In this document: piece by piece, positions 53,815-64,000 of the stretch
Layout: the number at the start of each line of letters is the position of its first letter
Position numbering within the stretch: position 1 is the first letter of the stretch
From: Octopus sinensis
Lineage: Eukaryota
Assembly: GCF_006345805.1 (NCBI RefSeq)
Contig: NC_043011.1
Location: forward strand, 48,868,464-48,932,463
DNA: 64,000 bases
Direction: 5' to 3'
Position numbers and translations under genes: made by a program
Notes under the pieces: generated by a model
Databases searched by the model: none
Told to the model about the DNA's origin: nothing
What the model saw: only the letters and a program-made list of their open reading frames with translations

Positions 53815-54408
53815 TCTGCTGTCATCATCGTCATCGGTGTCATCGTTGACATCATCATCATCATCATCATCATCATAAGCAATGCCATCATCATCATCAT
53901 CATCATCATTATCCTCATCATGAGCAATGCCATCATCATCGTCATCATCAGCATAAGCAATATTGTCATCGTCATCATCATCAGCATAAGCAATACCATC
54001 ATCGTCATCATCATCATAATAAGCAATACCATCATCGTTGTCATCATCATCCTCATCATCATCATAAGCAATTACGACATCGTCGTCATCATCATCATCA
54101 TCATCATCATAAGCAATACCATCATTGTCATCATCATCATCATCATCATAAGCAATAACGACATGATCGTCATTATAAGCATCATCATCATAAGCATAAG
54201 CAATACCATCATTGTCGTCATCATCACCATCATCATCATCATCAGCAGCAGCAGCAGGGTCAGAATTAGAATCATCCGTATGATCCTATAATCCTCACCA
54301 TTATAACAATCATCATCGTCATCATCATCTTAATCATTACCATCATCGTCATCGTCGTTGTTTGTCATCATCATCATCATCATAAATATCGGCACTGTCA
54401 TCATCATT

Positions 54409-54444
<36 letters not shown>

Positions 54445-54500
54445 ATCATTATAAACTTAACCATCACCATAGCCATCACTTTTGTTGTCAACACCATCAT
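53815..54500. repeat. (CAT)n field punctuated by a repeated ataagcaat motif
   Basis: Directly visible. Confidence 0.9.
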
Positions 54501-54574
54501 GATTTTAACATCCTTTTTCTCCGGGGTCACTAAAATGCCATATTGTTCCCTTTCTCTCTCTCTCTCTCTCTCTC

Positions 54575-54613
<39 letters not shown>

Positions 54614-54895
54614 ACCATAATCTTCTCATCTCTACAGTATTCTGTGCATGAAGTAGGTATATGTATGAGTGTGTGTGTGTGTAGAGGGGGATATCATTCC
54701 CTGGAAAATGAAAGACAAAAACTGACCTCAGCTGGATTTGAAAAGAACTGGAACAAATAGCATGAAGCATTTTGTCCTTCGCTCTGATGACTCTGCCATC
54801 AAACGCGCACATATGCATACATATATTAAATACATACATACATATATATGTATATATATATATATACACATACATATACATATACATATATATAT

Positions 54896-54927
<32 letters not shown>

Positions 54928-54978
54928 ATATATCTATATATATATATATATAGATATATATATATATATAATATATAT

Positions 54979-55062
<84 letters not shown>

Positions 55063-55158
55063 TACATATATATACATATACATACATACATACATACATG
55101 ACTCATGGAAATCCCACAGAACCAAAGAGATTATATATATATATACATATATATATGT

Positions 55159-55203
<45 letters not shown>

Positions 55204-55734
55204 CTTGTAATACACATTCACAATCATACACACATGCTTCCATAAATATACATATACATACATTCATATACACAACATACGTCTGTGTATGAGTGTATGT
55301 ATCAGGGAAATAATGAAAGATTACATATTTTCTATCATGTCTTTTTTCCTCTGTGTTTATATCCCCTTCTATTGTCATCTTGCACGCTTCATTTGCCCTC
55401 AAAAAAGACCGAATCTCATTGGTATCCTTTTCGTAATGATATTGTGATTTCATGGGAACTTAGTCAGCCAACGAAATTTCTGGATACTTCCAGAAATATC
55501 TTTCCTTTTTTTATTTTATCCTCTTTTTATAGATTTATAATTTAGTATTATTTTATCTTTTACTGAGGAAGAAAGAATAGTGCTTTCAGTGTTTTAAGGG
55601 CCTGAGATGATGCATGAGGTGATAGGTTAAAGGCAAATGAGGAGGGATTTAAAATAAGGGATCTCGGCTGATAGGTTTGGTTTTCTGGATTCTCTGGCAT
55701 ATATACCTCCCTATCCTCAATGGATGTGACGGCA

Positions 55735-56320
55735 GTCTGTCTCAGAAATATACTTCTTTTTCCCAGCTGACTGGACTGGAGCAATCTGCTCAAAGAACAC
55801 AATGCATCACCAGGTCCAGGAATTGAAACCACACTCTTATGATCCTGAACCTAACTCCTTAACCACTACACCACATACCTCCACAATGAAGAAGGAAAGG
55901 AATGAGGAAGTTATACTCAAACTAAAAGTATGACCCTGAATGCTTGTAACAGAGCGGGCTTCCTTTATGAAGCCTAAGGTACCATAAAGATCCCATTCAG
56001 TCATGTATGACCATGGATTTGCATCTAGGAAGTTCTCCTCCAATGCACAAGTCTGGGCAAGGTTGTTTATAGAAGACCAGCAGTCATCCATGCATACCAT
56101 CCTCCCCTCTCCATGCCACCAATGTTATCCAAGAGAAAGACAAAGACCATTGCAGCTTGATACCAGTGACCCCACAACTAACTTCTACAGCTGAGTGAAC
56201 TGGATCAAAGAAATAAAGTGTCTTGCTCAAGAACACAACATACAGCACAGTCCGAGAATTGAACTCATTACCTCATGATCGTGTGACCGATGCTCTCACC
56301 TCTAAGCCATGTGCTTTCAC
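55735..56320 (-). mobile_element. Two SINE family E copies (55735-55883 and ~55990-56320)
   Basis: Both match 37545-37884. Confidence 0.7.
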
Positions 56321-56714
56321 AGTTAGTACATCAGTGTTATAATCAAATATGAAGGGTACCATATGGATGGGCTAAAATGGAGAAATGGTATTAAACTCTT
56401 TTCGTTGTATTTGTTGTGGCTCTTACACCAAAAAAAAAAACCCAAAAAACATAAAAGGGGTCAAAGGTCATTCTCAAGCCATGTGTTCAAATGATTTATT
56501 ACCGAATTTTGCTATTTTACCAAATTCCCAGCAATGATGTCTCAATAATTCTTACCATGTATTTCTTTATGAACAGAGACTCTCACAAGAGAGAGAGAGA
56601 GAGAGAGAGAGGAGTCAACCAGACTCACCCAACCCTGGCAACTCAAAATGTTTTAATTAAAATCTTTGAACACTAAGTCAATTAGTTCTGTTTTATTGAT
56701 TTATGTTATTTCAT

Positions 56715-57093
56715 TATGCTATTGTTGGTGTTGTTTTTGTTGATGGTGGTGGTGGTGATGGTGTTGTTGTCGGTGTTGTTGTTGTTGGTGGTGGTGATGG
56801 TGTTGTTGTTTTTTTGGTGGTGGTGTTGTTGTTGATGGTGGTGGTGAAGGTGATGGCAGTGTTGTTGTTGCTGTTATTGTTGTTGTTGGTGGTGGTGATG
56901 GTGTTGTTGTTGATGGTGGCGGTGGTGGAGGTGACGGTGGTGTTGTTGTTGCTGTTATTGTTGTTGTTGGTGGTGGTGGTGGTGGAAGTGACAGTGGTGT
57001 TGTTGTTGCTGTTGTTGTTGTTGGTGGTGGTGGTGGTGGAGCTGATGGCGGTGTTGTTGTTGCTGCTATTGTTGGCGGTGGTGATGATGATGG

Positions 57094-57124
<31 letters not shown>

Positions 57125-57592
57125 GTTGGCTGTGGCAGTGGTGGTCGCTGGGGTTCTATCATGCACGGATGGAGAGGAACTGACAAAGACCGAAATCCAA
57201 AACACTGTTAACGAAATGCAAAGGATCCCTAATTCTTTAATAAAATGTTTCAGAGCTTAAACCACAAGGTCGGTGATGGTGGGGGTTGGGAAAAGGGAAG
57301 GTGGTTAAGGTTGGTTGGTTGGTTGGCTTGTTGGTTCTGCATGGCTGGCCAAGAATTTTACTCAGAAATCAAAAAAAAAGAAAATTAAAATAAACCTGAT
57401 GCAAGTGGAATGAGGTGCAAAGAGGCTTAGACATTTCAAAGAAGAACCCATCTTTAGATATTAATAATAATAACAATAATAATAATAATAATAATAACAA
57501 TAATGATAATAATAATAATGATAATAATAATAGTAATAATAATAGTAATAATAATAATAATAATAAAAATAGAAATAATAATAATAATAATA

Positions 57593-57640
<48 letters not shown>

Positions 57641-57771
57641 GTAATAATAATATAATAATAATAATAATAATGATAATAATAATAAGGATAATAATAATAA
57701 TGATAATAATAATAATGATAATAATAATGATAATAATAATAATAATGATAATAATAATAATGATAATAATA

Positions 57772-57813
<42 letters not shown>

Positions 57814-57825
57814 GTAATGATAATA

Positions 57826-57856
<31 letters not shown>

Positions 57857-57987
57857 TAGTAATAATAATAATAGTAATAATAATAATAATAATAATAATG
57901 ATAATAATAATAATGATAATAATAATAATAATAATAATAATGATAATAATAATAATAATGATAATAATGGTAATAATAATAATAATG

Positions 57988-58051
<64 letters not shown>

Positions 58052-58500
58052 TAATCTTTCCAGGTGATGGTGGGTACTGTGAAGAAGCCACATTGAATGC
58101 CTGGATGGGAAGGGAACTCAACAAAACTTGAACTTGAAGACGAACAAAAGACACAAAGGATAATGGAGGCTCCTTAATCAAGTAATTAAAATTTTGAAAG
58201 CACAAACCTGTTATTATTATTACGATTATTATCATTGCTATTACTGATTATTATCATGAATGTTGTTATTGTTGTTTGTATTGTTGTTGTTGTTGTTGTT
58301 GTTGTTATTGTTTGTGTTGTTGATATTGTTGTGGAGGAGATAGGCTTTGCATGGCCAGAATAACGCTTCTAAAGAATCTAAAACCCTTCTAGAAAGATTT
58401 TAGAATTACGAAACTGTTAATCCGTTTATGAAAAAGATTCAAAGAATAAACTATCATTTTTATTCTTTAAAGATTATTATTATTATTATTATCATTATTG

Positions 58501-58568
<68 letters not shown>

Positions 58569-58592
58569 GTCATTATTATTATTTTATTATAG

Positions 58593-58654
<62 letters not shown>

Positions 58655-58815
58655 GTTGTTGTCATTGCGATTATTATTATTATTATTATCATTATTATTA
58701 TTATTATTATCATTATTATTATTATTATCATTATTATTATTATTATCATCATTATTATTATTATTATCATTGTTGTTGTTGTTATTATTATTGTTATTAT
58801 TATCATCATTATTAT
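56715..58815. repeat. (GTT/GGT)n, (AAT)n (57460-58055) and (TAT)n (58472-58815) tracts
   Basis: Directly visible. Confidence 0.9.
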
Positions 58816-60542
58816 GGTGAAAGCTCATCATGTTTGCAGGTAACTTGCATGACTAGATAGGAATGAGAAAATAGCACATCACCCTTCAACAAAATATCCT
58901 ATTATGTCTAAAAACAAAAGCAAAAAGCAAAATGGATATGAAATAGAATTAAAAAATTTGGGGTTTTTAGTACGAAAACCATAATTTTTTACGGGGAAAA
59001 AGTTTTTTTTCCCATTTTTATTTTTAGTGAATGAAAATAATTTTTTTTTTCCCTCTTTCTGATCACTTTACAAAACAACAAAAAAACATGAAAAATGCGT
59101 TGTCTTCAAAAATGAATGTTTGTTGGAAACAAAACTGCAATATTGCAATGAAGGCATAAAAAAAAAGTGTTAATCTATGGCAAACTGGCTTTGATGGAGA
59201 CAAATGAAAGAGGCAAAAGCATGAAAGTTAATGATCAGCTCAGTTCCACAGAGAACAAATATTTCTAAAGTGAAATAAAGAGTGGACAATGACCAGCTGT
59301 CTCTTTATTGATACCTGGCTTTATGGAGATAACATTTAAAGCTTGTTACAAGAAAAACAAACAATCATTCACATACATGTGTGTGTATGTAAGCATGGCT
59401 GTGTGGTTAAAATGGTTGCTTCACAACCACATGGTTCTCTGGTTCAATACCACAGAGAAGAACCTTGGGTGTCATCAATCATTTTTGTCTGATTGATTGC
59501 CTTGTGAGTGAAAATTTGGTAGGTTGAGAAAAGGTGTAAAAAACATAATGTATGGAATCTATTCCATGGATTAATTTTGGTAAAAAAAAACAGAATCTTT
59601 TAACGATTTTGGCTTAAATAAAACTTTTACCACCAACTTTGACAAAGCCAACTTTTTGGTTGTCTCCATAGACTGCAAGACGAGTAAACATTTCCCCAAC
59701 AGAAAACATAGTAAAAAGCAATTGTTTACATTCATAGATACTCCAACCAACCCCATGCTGTAATTAGAAATCTAGTAAAAAAAACATCAGCAGAAGATTT
59801 TCTAATTTATTAGCAGACAGAGATATTCAACAGAGCTGCATCCTATTACAATGCTGCACAAGGGAAGAATAGCTTCACAAAGATGTGAATGTGTGAGTGT
59901 GAATGCTTGTGTGTGAATATCTGGTTAGAAGTATTTGCATTACAAAAGAGAGATGAGTCTAAAAGATAACTTCATTAAGTTAAGATGAAACAATAATTGG
60001 CTAAAATCTTCAAAACACTGCCCCAGTATGATTACAATCTAGAGGCTGGAACCATAAAAAAAAAAGAAATAAAAGATACAAGAAATAAAGACTACATGCA
60101 ATAGAAACAAACAAAAAAATGTCAAGCTAGTGTTAGTAGCTCTATGTAGTCTCCCAATTTTCCGCAAGTGGCAGCCAAGTTATCTTCAGCTTGGACTCTT
60201 ATCAGCTCCAAGAAAGTAAAAATGCACAACGTAATTCTAGAGAGATTGGATAATATTTGGGATTGTCATGGTTGGAATGTTTTAAATCAAAGGACTGTGT
60301 GATCAAGTTTTATCTGGAGTTAAACAGCAAGAGGTAAAAGTGATTAGAATTTTGCTTAAATATCCAAAAATTTATGTAAATTTATTTGCTTTGCCAGATT
60401 TTTGATGTGAAATCATGTGTTGAAACAGATTGTTATGCTTGGATATGGTCATATTTTGCCAATAAAACACAGGCATTACAAGGTGATATCAAAACGTTCC
60501 CAGACTAGTTTTGTAGTGCACCAATAGATGGCAGCACGTATA

Positions 60543-61480
60543 AATGTTTTCGATCTAATTTGGATTCTTTGCCATCAAATTTGAATTCTTTGCAATAAAA
60601 TTTGAATTTTTCAATTGGTGCTCAAGCCTTGGAAAAAAAGAGAGTTAAACTACATCAGCCGTAAGGGAATACATGTCTATCTTATCTAACTCATCCAGTA
60701 GAGCCCACCAAGTGATATATGAAAAGTTCGATGAAATAACTCATGAACACTGTGATAGCTTCTACCAAAACATGCTCCGTTACGTCAACTGGTCTGAACA
60801 AGGGGAGATAATAAATGAATGATTCTTTTTCTATTATCTCCTCTTGTTCACACCGTTTGACGTAGCGGAGCATGTTTTGGTAGAAGCTATCGCAGTGTTC
60901 ATGAGTTATTTCATCAAACTTTTCAGATATCAATTGGTGGGCCCTACTGGATGAGTTAGATAAGATAGACATTTATTCCCTTACGGCTGATGTAGTTTAA
61001 CTCTCTTTTTTTCCAAGGCTTGAGCACCAATTGAAAAGAATTCAAATTTGATACTCTTTTACTCTTTTACTTGTTTCAGTCATTTGACTGCGGCCATGCT
61101 GGAGCACCACCTTTAATCGAGCAACTTGACCTCGGGATTTATTCTTTGTAAGCCCAGTACTTATTCTATCGGTCTCTTTTGCCGAACCGCTAAGTGACGG
61201 AGACATAAACACACCAGCATCGGTTGTCAAGCAATGCTAGGGGGACAAACACAGACACACAAACATAGACGCACACACACTATATATATATATACATACA
61301 TATATACAACAGGCTTCTTTCAGTTTCCGTCTACCAAATCCACTCACAAGGCTTTGGTCGGCCTGAGGCTATAGTAGAAGACACTTGCCCAAGGTGCCAC
61401 GCAGTGGGACTGAACCCGGAACCATGTGGTTGGTAAACAAGCTACTTACCACACAGCCACCAAACTAGATCGAAAACATT
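60543..61480. mobile_element. Long foldback MITE (near-perfect palindrome 60598-61050)
   Basis: Termini AATGTTTTCGATCTA / TAGATCGAAAACATT. Arms of ~215 bp surround a centre near 60820. Confidence 0.85.
61053..61460 (-). mobile_element. SINE family B inserted in the right arm of the foldback
   Basis: Near full-length, CpG-rich copy. Confidence 0.85.
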
Positions 61481-61766
61481 GCGTGCACAATGAAAGCTAG
61501 CAGTGATCTTTATGAGGCAGTGTGCCAAATGACGTTGCTCTGTTTAGTTCACAAGTTGTGAAATTTGTTTTTGTGATCAAGTGTATGCTGTAGTCTGCAA
61601 TTTTGTCTTGGACAGGAAGTCGAAACAAAGAGCCAAAGTGGAATTTTGCTTTAAAATTGTGTATCGAGAATTTGTCCCCCAGGGCTAGACTGTCAATTGA
61701 GAGTTCTACAGTGACATTTTGAAGTGTTTGAGGGAGGACAGTCAGCGAAAACGACTGGATCTGTGG

Positions 61767-62129
61767 AAAACAACGTTTTGTCTGATATACCCTCCAGCTT
61801 TCATCAGGTGTCTTGGGGAAATTTCGAACCTGGGTTCTCATTCCTAAGGTATTTTTCGATGTTGTTGTTGTTATTATTATTATTATTATTATTCAGGTCA
61901 CTGCCTGGAATCGAACTCGGAATCTTGGGGTTAGTAGCCCATGCTCTTAACCACTGTGCCATATGCGTAGCCGACATTAGACTTCAATGGAGACATAGAG
62001 AAACTCCATCAAAAACTAGCAGCCCACGGGCATATGGCATAGTGGATAACAGCGCAGGCTACTAACCCCAAGATTCCGAGTTCAATTCCAGGCAGTGAGC
62101 TGAATAATAATAATAATAATAATAATAAT
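61767..62129. mobile_element. Inverted pair of tRNA-like heads with (AAT)n; the minus-strand unit carries a hammerhead core
   Basis: Heads at 61894-61966 (-) and 62030-62102 (+). The minus strand at 61767-61812 reads GACAC CTGATGA aagCTG gagggtatat CAGac aAAAC GTT GTTTT. Confidence 0.7.
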
Positions 62130-63607
62130 GCAGTACCAGACAGTGGTTCTCATGGCTTCTGATCATAACTGATTGGAAGTTTTATCATGTACATTGTTTT
62201 GTCTTGGTATAAAAGATGGGCTACAGCAAATATTTTGCTCAATACCACAAGATTTGCTTGTCAGTTGCTTGACCTTAACCAGTTGAGCATGTCCCAAGGA
62301 TTGCATTGAGCTCCAATGTCTTTCTTGGCGTGGTTTTTACTGCTGGATGCTGTTTCTAATGCCAACCACTGTACAGCATGAACTGGGTGCATTCTTCATG
62401 CCATTTGCACCACTGGGATCACAACTTGCATTTTTCAGACCTATGATCCCTCGGAAAGGTAAGGTGTTGGCTTCATGCTAGGGGATGCGGGGACTACTAT
62501 AAGAGGTGGGAGAAGAGCAGATTCCTGCAGGATGATCTGCATGGCTACTTACATCTTGTAGGGGAAAAGGTGGGGAGAGAAATCGAAAAAGAATGCCAAT
62601 ACAGAGCAAATTCTAGAGGGTTTTAAAACAGCTGAATGAAGATTCTAACACAAGGAGAGTTGATTAAATCCATTCTTTAGTACTGGTTTAAATTAAATTA
62701 GGTACTCTCTAGTACTTGATAGGTACTTCATTTTGTCAACCTGCCAGAATGATAGAAAGCAAAATTAACTATAGAAGGATCTGAACTCAGGACATAATGA
62801 GATATAATTGAATGCCTCAGAGCTTTTGATTCTATGTTCTACAGATTCTGGTGCATCACTGTTGATGAATAGAATAAAAACTTCGAAGAAGACATCGATG
62901 AAAAACAAGAGGTAAAAACGTAAATTTTAACATAGGGAACAATAATGTCAGAATTAAGATAATTTAATAAAATGAACGTAAAAGTGGTAAAAGAGAAAAG
63001 AAATTATTAAAGAACTCTGAGAAACCAGAAAATGAACAGCTTTAAGCTAGAGTTCATAATTTAACTGCAAATATATGGAATGAAAGAGCTAAAGCATGAA
63101 CAAAATAAATTTCTCTCTAACTATTTACAGTGCCCTGCAGTTATTAGGCTGATAAGCTTCTTATTCAAGACTTGCTTTTGTGATTGAGATACAAAGATCA
63201 GAACTCGTTGGTAGATGACCAATGTGGTTTTTACAATTCACTTTGGCACACAGTTTAAAAGCTGGCATCAACAGCAGAATAGGCATTGAAACACGAGTAC
63301 CCTCTCTCTCTTTTCTTCTTTCTTCTCTTCTCACTCTGTCTCCCACATACATTCATGCACACGCATATGAGTCTTTCTAGTTTAGTAAGTGAATTGATCT
63401 GACGTTGTGTGTTAAAGCTGGTGCAGTTATAACATATAATGTCTGTTCTAACCATTTAGTAGTGCTGAGCTATTAAATTTATTTGATAAGCAGTCAAAAG
63501 TTTCGTGATACAACTGCAGCCTGGTAACTTACACAGTTTCATGACAACTGTGTCTGTGACCAGCTTATGGTAGTACAACGAAATGTGTTCTTCCATAATG
63601 TAATTAC

Positions 63608-63645
<38 letters not shown>

Positions 63646-63895
63646 CATATCTTTAGATTTATAAATATATATGTATATATGTGTATATATACATATATAA
63701 TATAAATATAAATATATACATATCATCATCATCATCGTTTAGCATCCGCTTTCCATGCTAGCATCGGTTGGACCATAAATATATATATATTTATATATAT
63801 TATATATATGTATGTGTGTGTGTATACACACACATATATATGTATATTCATTTGTATATATATAAATATATATATATATATACAAACACACACAC

Positions 63896-63950
<55 letters not shown>

Positions 63951-64000
63951 GCAATGGGTAAATTGTTGCCATCTAATATTTTTAAATCATGCATGTGCAC

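Larger units (their letters stand above)
60479..61650 (+). mobile_element. mariner left-end fossil (same family as 16437) split by a foldback element
   Basis: TA|CAAGGTGATATCAAAACGTTCCCAGACT...gatggcagcac resumes at 61481 with gcgtgcacaatgaaagctagcagtgatc, colinear with 16437-16660. Confidence 0.8.

Noticed and set aside
57369-58235. Poly-Ile/Leu/Asn ORFs, and similar ORFs at 4604, 31178, 53920 and 56703
   Set aside because: They are triplet microsatellites.

Overview
AT-rich, repeat-saturated eukaryotic DNA, probably intronic or intergenic. The repeat families and microsatellite density suggest a coleoid cephalopod such as Octopus (inference from recognition, not a database hit). No intact protein-coding gene is supported; nearly all listed ORFs are translations of microsatellites or SINEs. 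The window contains four tRNA-headed SINE families (my labels B-E), RTE-LINE 3' ends (label A), a Penelope-like GIY-YIG remnant, mariner and Tigger/pogo transposase fossils, TA-target and TTAA-target MITEs, three non-autonomous Helitrons, several foldbacks, a ~790 bp tandem duplication and a 100-N gap. The most notable signal is eight minimal hammerhead-ribozyme cores (CTGA[T/A]GA...GAAAC-loop-GTH), most of them degraded. Several lie in small inverted-repeat elements, and one lies downstream of a tRNA-like Pol III head, suggesting small Penelope-mobilised, ribozyme-bearing retroelements. Element boundaries are read by eye and approximate unless a TSD or TIR is quoted.
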